64,000 bases of DNA from Octopus vulgaris (taxonomy: Eukaryota): assembly GCA_951406725.2 (NCBI GenBank), contig OX597822.1, positions 79,608,001 through 79,672,000 of the forward strand. Direction: 5' to 3'. The number at the start of each line of letters is the position of its first letter. Position 1 is the first letter of the stretch. The notes under the pieces are model-generated. The model was not told where the DNA came from, made no database searches, and saw nothing but the letters and a program-made list of their open reading frames with translations. The position numbers and the translations under genes were made by a program. This document shows positions 11,230 to 24,392 of this stretch, piece after piece.

Positions 11230-14200
11230 TAGTTTTATTTTTATAGCGTGCTTTCACTTCACTACCGAGCGCAGCTCTGTGTGCCTTGGGTATGTGCTGT
11301 GATTTGTTGTGATGCTCTGATGGTTATAGTATGGAAAGTGTTCTGCGTAGGATGTGTGCAGTGCCTAGTAGTGCAATTTTCTGTATGTTATATGTGTTTG
11401 TAAGTCCTGGTGTTCTGTTATTTATTTGTCTGAATATTTTTTATCATGCCTAATGTACCTACTATGATAGGAATTGTTTCTGTCTTTAGATTCCACATTC
11501 TGGTTACCTCTATTTCCAGGTATTTGTATTTTGAAAGTTTCTCCATTTCTTTTAGAGACACGTTGTCATCTGCTGGTATTGATACATCAATTAGAAAATA
11601 TTTTTTCTTCATGATCTCTGACAACTATATCTGGTCTGTTGGCCTTAATTTCTCTATCTGTGTGTATCGGCATATCCCAGAGTATGGTTGCTTTCTCGTT
11701 TTCTGTGACCTTTTCTGGTGTGTGCCTATACCATCTTTTTTCTGTTGTTATTCCATAATGTCGGCATAGCTTCCCGTGTATGTAGGTTCCAACTCTGTCA
11801 TGTCTGTGAATATATTCCTTCTTAGCCAGGACTGGGCAGCCAGAGATAATATGATTTATTGTTTCTTGTCCATCTCCACATATTCTGCAGTTACTTGTTA
11901 TATTTCTTTTCATTGCATGTTTTTGGTAATTTCTGGTGGTCTTGTGCTGCAATTAAAAACCCCTCTGTCTCTACTTTGAGTCCTGAGCTTCTCAACCATT
12001 GCTGGGATTTTTCTTTGTCTATTTCTTTTGCATTTAGTTTAGTCCAGTATTTACCATGAAGGGGTTTTTCTTGCCATCGTTTTATCATGGTTCTTTGCTG
12101 TTCTAGTTTTAGTTAGGATTTCATTTGTTTTATAGCTTTTGTTGTTTCTTCTTCTTCTTCTTCTTCTTCTTCTTCTTCTTCTTCTTCTTCTTCTTCTTCT
12201 TCTTCTTCTTCTTCTTCTTCTTCTTCTTCTTCTTCTTCTTCTTCTTCATATTTGTTGGGTGGTATGATTTCTTGTTTGTATTTGTTAGCTTCCTTAAATA
12301 CTGAGAACAGTTTTTTGTTTTGCTCGTGTTTTGCCGCTATTTGTATCAGTTTTCCTTCCTTCTGAAGCAGGTATTTTTGCAGTCCTATGGTGGTTATTTT
12401 ATATTAGTTTTCCAGCTGTATACGACCTCTACCATATATACATTGTATATATAGTCTTTCTATGTCAGATTTTGGGTGATGCATCCTAGATCCTGTCATT
12501 ATTTTTCTTGTTTTCTTATCTATTTTGGTCAGTTCATTTAGTGTCCAGTTAAGGATATTGTAGCTTTAACTTATAACTGGGACAGCTAAAGTGTTAATAC
12601 CTATTATCTTGTTTTTAGCATTGAGCTCTGTTTTTAGTATTGATCTAACTCGTCTATAATATTCTTTTTTTATTTTCTCTTTCATTTGTGTGTGTTGTGT
12701 CTTATCTAGTTCATGGATTCCTAAGTATTTGTAAGTTTGGCTTTGGTCTAATTCTTTTATTTCATTGGTTTTATCTAGTGTGATGTTGCTACTCTTGACT
12801 AGTTTTCCTCTTTTCAGGGTTACTTTGGCGCATTTTTCTAATCCAAATTTCATATCTATTTCTTTGGTAAATCCATGAACTGTCTTTAATAGTGTTTCTA
12901 GCTGTTTGTCATTTGCAGCGTATAGTTTTAGGTCATCCATATATAAAAGGTGGCTGATCGTTTTGCCGTAACATTTATATCCGCATCCAGTTATATTTAG
13001 CATATCAGATAGAAGTGAGTGCCAAGCAGAAAAGGAGTGGAGGGAGCGTGTCTCCTTAGAATATTCCTCTTCTAATGGGGATGGCTTTGGTTTTCATGAG
13101 TCCCTCTTTTGTTTGGAGGTGTAGGACTGTTTGCCATTTATTCATAGAGTGTCCTATGAATTTTATAATTGTTGTTGCTACTTTGTTAATGGCTAGTGTT
13201 TCGAGGATCCATGTGTGGGGGATGCTATCAAACGCCTTTTTGTAGTCGATCCAGGCCATACTGAGGCCTTTCTTCTTTCTGTGGCTGTCTTCAGTTATGG
13301 CTTTATTGATCATTAGTTGATTTTTACAGCCATATGAGCCTTTGCGGCATCCTTTCTGCTCTTCTGGAAACAGGTTGTTTTCGTCCAGGTGCTTGTTCAA
13401 CCTTTGCGATAACACTGCAGTAAATGCCTTGTACATTGTATGGAGACCGGTTATAGGTCTGTAGTTTTCTGGTTTTGCTGTCTCATTTGATTTGGGAATT
13501 AAGATGGTTTTCCCCTTCGTGAGCCATTCAGGCATTGTCTCTGGCTCTGCTAGTATGCTTTGAGCTTTGAGCTTTGGCAAGGATATCTTGCTTTAGCTTT
13601 TCTTTTATCTCAGGTAAATCTTTTTCTGTGATGTTGTATTTGCGGAGTATTTTTGTTCTCTTTTTGTTGCTCAGTAGCGTTGATTGTCTACTGGTTTCAT
13701 TAAGAATCGACAGATCTTTTCTCATTTTTTGTATTTTGTTTTGGATGTTATTTATCCACAGGGTTTGTTTGGGTGGTGGTACTCCTGTTTGGATGGGTTT
13801 GAGTGAGTATCAAGCTTCTTTTGTGGCTGCAGTGGCTGCTGCGTATACTAAGTCATTTAGCTCAGTGATATCGCTTTTTGTTTCAGTGGCTATTAGTTCC
13901 GTGACGGCTAGGTTTATGCTGTTTATAATTGGTGTTGTTGTGTTGTCTATTTTGATTTTTGGGAGGTATGGTCGGTGGTCCATTTTGAGCTCTGTGGTTT
14001 TCAGTTCTTTGATTATTCTACTTTTTATATTATCATAATCATTAGGCTCCCCTTCGTTGTTTCCAGGTTTTAGATTTGTGTCGCTTTCTTTCCCATTTGT
14101 ATGTCTGTTTGTCGTGTTTTGGCTTGCTGTTTGTCGTGTATTATTATGTATCCTTACGGTCTGGGTTTGTTGTTTTTTGTTTACATCGTGTTTGTTGGAA

Positions 14201-14450
14201 ATATTACGTTTGTCTTCGTGTTTTACTGTTTCAGTGTTTATATTATTGGGCATTGTTGTGTGGCTTCTATCTACATTTTCCTGGTGTATTTTTTCTTTTA
14301 AATGTTCTATTTCTATTTCTGATATTTTTTGCGTTGAGAATGTATCTTCGTACGTTAGCTAGTTTATTAGGGTTCATTGCTGTATCCAAGTCTATATTTA
14401 TGTTATTTTCCTTCCAACTTTTATATGTATGTGTTGTTGTGTTTTCATAC
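11227..14450 (-). mobile_element. Longest R4/Dong-like copy (subfamily A): RT, CCHC finger and RLE, frameshifted
   Basis: RT motifs NYRPIT, EQKGCR, WIDYKKAFDS, RGIF and HLLYMDDLKL, then AAQD, CRIC and RPD. Internal (CTT)n at about 12147-12246. Confidence 0.92.
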
Positions 14451-14451
14451 A

Positions 14452-14485
14452 TACACGGGCAACGCCGGGCTATGCTGCTAGTATA
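14452..14485 (-). mobile_element. Helitron-like (HINE/DINE-type) 5' terminus
   Basis: Reverse complement TACTAGCAGCATAGCCCGGCGTTGCCCGTG matches the start of the element at 56980. Confidence 0.55.
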
Positions 14486-14914
14486 TATATATATACTTTG
14501 TCGATAAGCAATGCCCTTTACCTTTTTACCCTTTTATGTACTCATTGAAACGTTATTTTGTAAAATGAAGCCTAAAAGGCATTAAAGCATTCAAGGCACC
14601 GTTCCCTTGCATGCATGAAGAAAATCTATGACAGTCAAAGTGTATTTTCTGGTTTTGTTTAGCACACCCAACCCAGTTCTGCGGGATCAGTGTCGCGACG
14701 GAAACGCATGGGTTGAGAGTTTGACAGGCAGAGGTGATAAGGTTGCACATGCTGGCCCTTTTGACACAACCCCCCCGAACCCAAGTTGATTTCGGACCAC
14801 AGCTAAGCCCTACCTAGAATAAGTTAATGTAATTAAAATGGCTAGGAAATCGTTTATTAAATATAAAAATAAATTATGGGCTAGGAAAGATACTAGGGAT
14901 TTTTTTATATACCT

Positions 14915-16384
14915 ATGGGAGCACCTGATTCTGCACAAGCTACGGATTTAGTAGGTATTTATCTTTTATCTGAACTCCAATTAGAAAATTTAAAAATAGA
15001 GGGTGGTTTATATAGGGATGACCTTCTACTAATTACTAAGAATTGCACTAATAGGAACCTAGAAGTATATAAGAAAAAACTTTATAGTTTCTTTAAAAGA
15101 TATGGTTTAAGTATCACTATATATAATGAGAATTTTATTGTTAATTATTTAGATGTTAATTTTAATCTAATTACAGGTAAAACACAACCATATCATAAAT
15201 TTAATGAGAACCTTAGATATATAAATGTTAATAGTAATCACCCACCATCAATTAAAAAATCGTTGATTAATAATATAAGTAAACGTATATCATTACTTTC
15301 TTATGATTTAGAGATTTTTAATAAACATGCTCCTTATTACAATGAGGTCCTTAGAGAGGCAGGTTATAATAGTAATATTAAATTTTTTATTAAAAATAAA
15401 GATATAAATAATAATATTAGAGATAAAAATATTAATAATAATTATAATAATGTTGTTAGTAATAGTGGTAATAATATTAGAAATTATAAAATTAAAAATA
15501 ATATAAATAAAAATAAGAATAAAAATAATAATAAAATTAATAACTCTAATAACTCTTTAAATGTTAATTATAAATATAAATCTAATAATAATAATAATAA
15601 TGATATGATAAAGAAATATAATGATAACAATAATAATGACAGTTTTAATAATAATAAGAAGGAAAATAAGAATAACATTTGGTTAATAGTTCCTTATGGT
15701 GCTCAAGTTAAAACGAACATTATTAAAGAGATTTTCGATATTATTGAACTATTTATTCGCGATAATCGTAAATATAAAAACATTTTCTCTAGTAATAATT
15801 TTGGAGTAGGTTATTCCACCACTAATAGTGTAGGTAACATTATTTCTTCTTTTAACAAATTTAAACTGAATAATTTTTATAAAAATAAATTATATAATAA
15901 TATCAATAATAAAGACAAGACACTAATTAACTGTACATGTAGAGATAAAACTAAATGTAAATTAAATAATAAATGTGATATTAACGATGTAGTGTATAAA
16001 TGTATAGTTACATTGCATGATAATAATAATAATAATAATAATAACTCAAACGCGATATATAAAGGGTCCACTTCCTCTAAAATAAAATTAAGAATCGCAC
16101 AACATATGAATTCATTTAAAAATAAAAACTTAATTAACTCCACTGGACTTAGCAAGTACATTTGGAGATTTAAATCCCAAAATATTAATTATAATTTATC
16201 TTGGGAAATAATTAGTATAACTAAATCATATAGTATAGGAGCGAATTTTTATTATTTATGATCTAATGAGTTTAAGGAAATTTTATTTTACAAGCATGAT
16301 AATTTACTGAATACCTGTGATGAGCGCAAAATAAAATGCAGACACAAGTTACTTTACTTATATAATAAATTTCTTGATAGATAA
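14915..16384 (+). pseudogene. PLE RT-GIY-YIG ORF, 5'-truncated, with internal TGA at 16259-16261
   Basis: 448-aa ORF continues in frame for 40 codons after the TGA to TAA at 16382-16384. Confidence 0.8.
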
Positions 16385-18613
16385 TGATTATTTCTTAGCC
16401 TTAATTAGCTCCCTATTCGTTGTTTTATGTAATAGTATTATAAATATACCAGGTGATTTGTAGTACTTATTATATTAGTTTATTTTAGTTATTTAGGTTC
16501 TGTTTTTAATTATAGTTAGATTATATATAGTTGTTCATTTTATTACTAAATATTTTATTACTAAATATATTTTTAATAAATATTTAATGGTTTATTCAAT
16601 ATAGTGTCTGGTAAGTTACAATTTTATTTATTTTATATATTTTGTTATATTTCTATTATAACTTCGTTAAATTATAATTTTGTTATCTTAATCTATTTGT
16701 ACATAATCTCTTTATATTTGAAATAGTTTCATTTAGTTGTTTATTTAATCTATTTTATTTAATATAGAAATATAGATTAGTAGATTAATTATTTAGATTT
16801 AACTTAATATTTACCTCTATTTTGTATTGTAGTATGATTATAGACATTTATATATCTATTTATTATATAATATATGTGGTTGTGTGTGCATGTATATATG
16901 TGTATATGATGATGTGTGTGTATATATATGTATATGTATATACATTTATTTATGTGTATGTGTGTGGGTGTGTATATATAGGTGTAAGTGTATATATTGA
17001 GTATTGTATGTATGTACATATATGTATCAGTGTGCATATGTGTATGTGTGTATGTGTGTGTATATATGTGTGTATATATGTATATGTATGTATGTGTATA
17101 TGTGTATGTATATGTATATGTATATATATATATATGTATATATATATATGTATATATATATGTATATGTATGTATATTTTCTTATATATTTATGTATACG
17201 CATGTATAGTTATACTACAAATTTTGATAAGTATTTATAGATTTTGTTATGATCACTAATTTTAGCTTATAATTATAAGGGCATGGGAAAGAATTTATAG
17301 TATGTTGAGGGGTTACTATATAAATAAATTTTTATATATTTATTAATCTTATAAGATTTTTAGAATATATTTAATAATTAGTGGTTTTTAATCATTTAAA
17401 TCATTTAATTTATTTTGTATTAAGTTTCATTTATCATAGTTATTTTATTAATAAATATTATAGTATAGAGAGATTTTATTCTTTATTTGTGACTTCATTC
17501 TATTTACAATGATAAACAAATAATTTTCCCATTCACAATCTTTAATAAAACGTAGGTTCCTCACGCGTAATGAATTCTTCAACAATTTATTCTCTTTTTT
17601 TTTGCTAATAACGTAATTCCACGAGTATTCTTATAAACGCTGTAAAAGACGTTTTCTGATTCAAAATTTTAGTTCATTGCTAAACCTCGCTAAGATAAGT
17701 ATGTATTTATTTAAGATCTTCAAATTGTAAATTTTAATATTGTATAAGCCTTTGGAGTAATAATATTCTCCTTATATAAATATCGTTGTTTATGTAAGAT
17801 CTAATTATCGTAATTTTCTATATTATTAGATATTAAATTTAAGTTTATTCGTAAGATACTTCTTAGCGATAGATTTGTTATTTGATAGCAAGCATACGAG
17901 GTGTATTAAGTTAGGCTTTGTATATACATGTTTTAATAGTATTAATTGTAGTTTTAAATTTATAATTAAATTAGATAAACTTTGATAAACTTAAATATGT
18001 TTCGACTAAAGATTGGTCCAGGCCATGTCTAATTTAATAGCATAACTTAGTTATTTCTTTAAATTTATATTCGATAATTATTCCCATTCATAATTATATT
18101 TACAGTATTTATAGTATTTATTCGATACTATATTACTACGAATTGACTATTTCTAAAAGTATTTTACATAAGATTTCCGAAAGTTCGTTTAAGTTAGTTT
18201 ATTTGTATTTTGAAATTAGCTATTTCATCTTTAAATATGAAAAATTAAATTTATTAGGTTTTTATTATATGTGAATATACAATTATTTATAGAGATTATT
18301 TTAGATCTTAATTATAATATTTATATACATTTATATATTTTCATTGATAATTTATATATATTAGTCATTTTAAATATTTATGTAATTAGATATAGGCTAA
18401 TATTGATATTAGATTATGGGTGGGTTTCTTACCTTATAAATTAAAATTAATATTTAACATTATAGTCGATTTGGATATAATCATAATTGTTAAGTTCTAT
18501 GTCTCTAGTTTGATAATAGAGTTTATTATAAGTAAAATTATTATATTATATATATTATTTATATCTTAAAAATATTGTTTAAATATTTCTGATTATATTT
18601 TAGATATTTCAAT

Positions 18614-18676
18614 CACCTGAAGATTGACTGTAACTCGAAGTTTTACGAATTGGAGAGCCATGAAACGATCGTAGTG
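18614..18676 (+). ncRNA. PLE hammerhead ribozyme (type I)
   Basis: CAC-CTGAAGA...GAAA-CGATCG-TA-GTG. Stem II is imperfect. Confidence 0.65.
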
Positions 18677-18808
18677 TTATACTCATTATATTTTTTAAAT
18701 AATTTTGATATATATTGAAAATAATATAAATGAATTAATCTTATGTATTGGCTTAAGTTTTTCATTGTATGATTTGCCTAATAGTGGTTTTATATCTAAT
18801 ATAATATA

Positions 18809-18868
<60 letters not shown>

Positions 18869-18890
18869 AGGTAGAAAATGCTAAAATGAT

Positions 18891-19178
<288 letters not shown>

Positions 19179-19186
19179 TTGACTTT

Positions 19187-19250
<64 letters not shown>

Positions 19251-20879
19251 TTTTTATATATAAAAAATAGAAAATGGGACAAGAACACAAAACATCCAGT
19301 TCTTTCTCTATTGGCAGAAATCTAGAAATAAACTGAATAATGACATACATACATACAAAAATATCCCGTTGATGTTGAAATTCCAATGAAGGAGCCTTGG
19401 ATCTGGGTTAGAAATCGGGTCAGCAGCAGTGGCGGTGCCAACGATGGCAATAACAACAACAACAACAACTGCCACAATGGTATCACCGTAGCTGACAGCA
19501 TGTGGATAAAACCCCATAATTAGGGAATGGAAAAGGTAAGATCCAGGCTACATATGTTTCATAGCTAGCAGAATCTCGGAAGTAGTAATTACTCAAAGCA
19601 AGGGTAATCCGCTAGCTACTCGTCGGGCCCAAGATACCTTAGTCAAATGAAGGTTACTTTGTCGTCAGGGGGTCCCATATTAACTCGTAGATTTGATGGT
19701 AAATGTGTGGAAAGTACAAAGTCGGAGAAGGAAAGGGAAAACGTATTTGAAGAAATGATATGTGGGAGTAGTAAAAGTGGGAGTGTGTAAAAATCTGATT
19801 TGTTAAAGGAAATAATATATATATATGTGTGTGTCTGTGTGTATACAATGTTTCTACGCAAACAAACAAACAATGCACACATGCACACAGGACACACATG
19901 CGCGCATAAATATATTGTCACTCCTCAACTTCATTATTCAGTTCGACATCGTAACTTCTGAATAGACTGGTCACACGAGAGAAAGGTAAGACTGTAATAC
20001 TTCTCAAATTTTTATACTTTTTATAATTCGCTGTTATAAGAAATCATTGAAGACTAGCGGGACCCGTGAATATTTCACAGTAATAATGGTAAACCCATTG
20101 CGTTATTTCTGAAAAGTTTATCCAAAGAACCTGAAAGCATAGCCTGTGTTGTGTCTGTATGGAAAGATAGTTGCTCATCTGCCACTCTTTGAAATGTGTA
20201 AGAAATTGGAATACGATGATTACTTAATGCACTCAAAGTACTTTATGCACAATTTTATAGACTTGATACACAGAACTCATAGAATAAATATTCATTCTTA
20301 TATTTCCATTTTCTCCATAAGCAAAAAAAAAAAAGAAAAAAAACCCCCAAAAAACACAAAAAACATGTATCTCTCACATGTGATAAAGCTTTTAGTTAAA
20401 TTGCATATTTAGGCCACGTGATTAAAAATACACGCTTCATTATCCACGCTTTCTCTCGCCCTCTATGCTTTCTCCGCCTTTTTCCTTAATTGCCTGAAAG
20501 CTCTACCGACAGGCTAAGTAACGTATTGACAAGCAGAATTGCTATAAGATTTTTCGGATGCCAAATGTAGACAGAATTACTTTTTTAGTTATCGTCGTAG
20601 TATACAGTGATAAGAAGGTTAAACTTGCTTTACTTAGCTTAGATGACAATCATTTGCTTTAAGAGACGTATCCAAACTTTCCATCAGCTAACTTTACAAT
20701 TTCAGTAACATACAAGAGACGGATTTGACGATTTGTCTTCCATTTTAACTTCTTTGTTTAACTGATCTACGGAACTTGAAGGGCCGCAGATATCTTAATT
20801 TCCATACTGTATTATTATGTTGTCAAGTTGTGGTGGGGAGACAAACACGGCGCAAGCGCAAAGACACAAAGAAGTACAC

Positions 20880-21050
20880 ATACATAAATATGTATATACA
20901 ACGGGTTTCTTTCAGTTTCTGTCTACTGAATGCACTCACGGGGCTTTGATCGGCCCATAGCTAATGCAGAAGACATTTGCCCAAGGTGCCAAACTGTGGG
21001 AATGAACTCAAAACTATATTGCCAATAAGAAAGCTTCTTAACCACACACC
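20880..21050 (-). mobile_element. SINE family 2, degenerate 5' half
   Basis: Similar to 46604-46770 in reverse orientation. Confidence 0.7.
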
Positions 21051-21669
21051 CACACAATACTTTTGATACTATTAGGAAGTTTAAATCTATTATGTGGTTT
21101 ATATGAACTTGTTACTAGACACACATACACACACTTATACACACACAAACACACACACACACACACACAGGTATATTGCTAATATCGTGGGGGGTTAATG
21201 TGATTATAAGTAATAAAGATAAAAACGAAATCAATGTTGAAGTTTGAATGCACATTTCTGACATGTCACTCGCCGAACAAGTATAACTGTTTGTGTGTAC
21301 GGGGGTGAGAGAGAGAAGGAGTTTGTGTGTATTTGAGTGTATTATAATGCATTACGTTTGAACTTGTTTCGTACGTTTGTTACATGTTCCACTTTATATG
21401 AGTGTTTAAAACGTAGACAGCATAGTAGAATTCATAGTAAATTAAATGGAATGAATAAGCAAAATATTGGATCTTGAGAATATAAAAGATAAAAAAGTTT
21501 TACATTGAAATGAAATGAATGGTGTGGGGGTAGGGGGACGAAATAAGTTTCAGGTGAGAAATATGATTTATCACACACCTCAGATGAATAAAATTTATGA
21601 ATAATAAAAATACATATGCATGTATTTATATACAAACAGAAGCATATATTTATATGTTAATAATAATAA

Positions 21670-21860
21670 CAATCGTTTCTACTACAGGCATAAAGCCTGA
21701 AATTTAGTGGGAGTGAGGCCAGTACACAACTGGTACTTAATTTATCGTCCACAATTAGATGAAAGGCAAAGTCGACCCCGGTGGAATTCGAACTCAGAAC
21801 GTAACAACGAGCGAAATACCGCTAAGCATTTCGCCAAGCGTTCTAACGATTCTGCAGTCT
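21670..21860 (-). mobile_element. SINE family 1
   Basis: GATGAAAGGCAAAGTCGAC..GGAATTCGAACTCAGAACG, containing a B-box on the minus strand. Confidence 0.75.
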
Positions 21861-21877
21861 GAAAGAATAATAATAAC

Positions 21878-21922
<45 letters not shown>

Positions 21923-22099
21923 TATATATATATATGGGTGTGTGTGATTGTGTATAGAAGAATATATTAATAAAAAGAATTCCAACCTTGTCTGATTTTC
22001 ACGTTTTATTTACAATCTTATAATGATATATTATAGGATAATATATTATAATTGAATAAAATAAAATGAAATAGTAGAATGTTAAATATTCATTCTGAT

Positions 22100-22144
22100 T
22101 GAACTAGTACTTTCATGCATTGAATTCTGCAATCTTCGGGTTCA
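22100..22144 (-). ncRNA. Variant minimal hammerhead in a PLE pLTR remnant
   Basis: Reverse complement TGAAC-CCGAAGA-TTGCA..TGCAT-GAAA-GTAC-TA-GTTCA. Core carries U4C. Confidence 0.55.
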
Positions 22145-22293
22145 TGTAGTAGTGTTGACAGTCATGCTTCACAATTTTTGACTGTGACTATATTTTTGAC
22201 TATATATATATATATAATATATTATAAATATATAATAATAATATGTATATATAGTAGTAATAACAATAATATATATATGTATGTTCGACGGGT

Positions 22294-22355
22294 CGTGTTC
22301 TGTCCTTACCTTAGAAACACGCATTGAGTTGAACCAGGGACAGCTGATGAAAGGG
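22294..22355 (+). ncRNA. Non-circularly permuted (pseudoknotted) hammerhead ribozyme, copy 1
   Basis: Order is CGTG-TT-CTGTCCTT, CCTT-A-GAAA-CACG, AGGGACAG-CTGATGA-AAGG. All three stems can pair. Confidence 0.75.
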
Positions 22356-22477
22356 AATACTCCTTGTATTGTTTGTCTTGTACTCTGTTTTTTCGTTGTT
22401 AAAAAAAGTCCGTTTCCTAGTTTGTTTTTATGTTTTCGTTTCTCGTTGAGTTCTACGTTTATTTGTGGTGTCCTGTA

Positions 22478-22515
<38 letters not shown>

Positions 22516-22524
22516 CATATATAT

Positions 22525-22783
22525 ATAACATAAGGGACTAAAGCCATCTGAATATGGCTAGGGACAGGCAGGGTGGTGGGGGTGTTACTGTTGCATTTAG
22601 CCCAGGCGAACATCGACGTCACCAGAAAGGCTCGATAAACCTGCCCTTTGCAGGTTTAGGGCACCGTGACGGTGTCGAGCCTTTCTGGTGACGTCGATGT
22701 TCGCCTGGGGCTAAATGCAACAGTAACACCCCACCACCCGCCTGTCCCTAGCCATATTCAGATGGCTTAGTCCCTTATGTTAT
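22525..22783. repeat. GC-rich inverted repeat with a T-shaped double-hairpin centre
   Basis: About 110-bp near-perfect arms. Centre 22636-22674 is TAAACCTGC-CCTTT-GCAGGTTTA, GGG, CACCG-TGA-CGGTG. Confidence 0.9.
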
Positions 22784-22826
22784 CGAGCAGTTACTGTCTA
22801 TATCCCTTTTAGAGAATTATTATTGC

Positions 22827-22859
<33 letters not shown>

Positions 22860-22971
22860 CATATATATATATATATATGCATGTATATATACATGTAGAT
22901 GTAGGTACGTACATATATGTATGTATGCATATATTTTATTTATTAAATTATATATATATATATATATATAT

Positions 22972-23008
<37 letters not shown>

Positions 23009-24392
23009 ACACACATATATACACATCGACAAGTAACAAAGATGTACAGGTGTCAATTTATTACGACTGTTTCAAGCAGTTCCTTTAATTGATTAATGAA
23101 AACACTACATCAATCGGAAAGAAGCCGTTCTCGTTAGGTGAGCGTATAAACTTCAAACTTAAGGATGTAACCATTTAAAAAACATATTTACATTAATAAT
23201 GGAACTCAAAATATTTACATTGTTTCTTTTGTCATATCTGTGGCAGAATGAATTTAGAAAACAATGCATATCACGCCAAGCTTACTATAATTTAGAGAGT
23301 AGCAGAGGAAATAGTAGGGCTCAGGATAAAATGAGTGGTGATCTAGTTACTTATATTTCGAAGACATTATATAAAATTTAGTCTTCAAACATTTAGAATA
23401 AATTCCATTGAGTGCTGACGACTGTATTCTTATTGATGGCGATAAATCAATTACTGTCAGACGATGTACTAGACTCTCAATGTACTGGAACCATATATCT
23501 AGCTTTATCTACACAGAAGTGTAGGTTGTAGGTTAGTAGAAATGGGAAGGGGTGATAGATGGAAGAAAGAATGATAGGGGCGGCCAGTACTTATTTGTAG
23601 GATTAAATTAAATGAGTATATAATGAAAAACTAAAAGAGATAAGTAATATAAACTTTAGGGGTGGAAATTAGAATTGAAGGATACGGGAGGTAGTAATTT
23701 ATATCATAGCAAATTTATATTAAATTAATATAAATTAATTTAAATCAATATATAAAATAAGGATAGAAATTAAATTTAAAACTTAATAATAGGATACTTT
23801 AATATATAAGAAAAGACTACTAAGACTTTTTCTAAGCATAGTGTTTAGAAGATCATAGTAAAACCTTAACCAGTTTTGGTATATAGACAATGAATATTTT
23901 ATATGATTAAAAAATTTACTAAAATAAGGATTTCCGTATCTAGTAAATTATATAAAAAAGATCTTATAAATTGTCAAAAATAATTTATAAAATATAAACA
24001 CTAAGAAAGTATATGAAAGGATATACAAAGGTATAAAAACGTCAAATACAAATATAAAAATTTATAAAACATGTGTGATTACTATATTAAAAAAATATAT
24101 ATAGCATTAAGTGTAATTACAATATAAAAAATATATTGTATACAGTGAGTTTTATGAGTTTGATGAAAAGGAATTATAAACTGCAAAACCCTTTATAAGA
24201 TATAGAAGCTATACAAATGTATAAAAGGGCATATAAATACATAAAAATTTAATAATATAAAATATAAAAAATATAGAAATTTTATAAACATTTTACAAAA
24301 ATTTAATAAAAATTTTATGAAATATTTCGTTACAGAATGATAGATAAGGATAAATTAAAATGAAATAAGGATTATTTTATAAATTATAATAT

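Larger units (their letters stand above)
14820..18800 (+). mobile_element. Penelope-like element (Naiad-like signature): RT, Asn-rich linker, GIY-YIG, long AT-rich 3' region and pLTR
   Basis: MGAPDSA, LYRDD, YLDV, SNHPP, CTCRDKTKC, VVYKC..IYKGST, STGLSKYIW; KCRH after an in-frame TGA. Hammerhead at 18614-18676. The 3' boundary is uncertain. Confidence 0.8.

Noticed and set aside
18060-18240. Minus-strand peptide faintly like a TIR domain (RNSQFVV/IVSNKY..YEWE)
   Set aside because: It needs several stops and a frameshift in very AT-rich DNA, so chance cannot be excluded without an HMM search.
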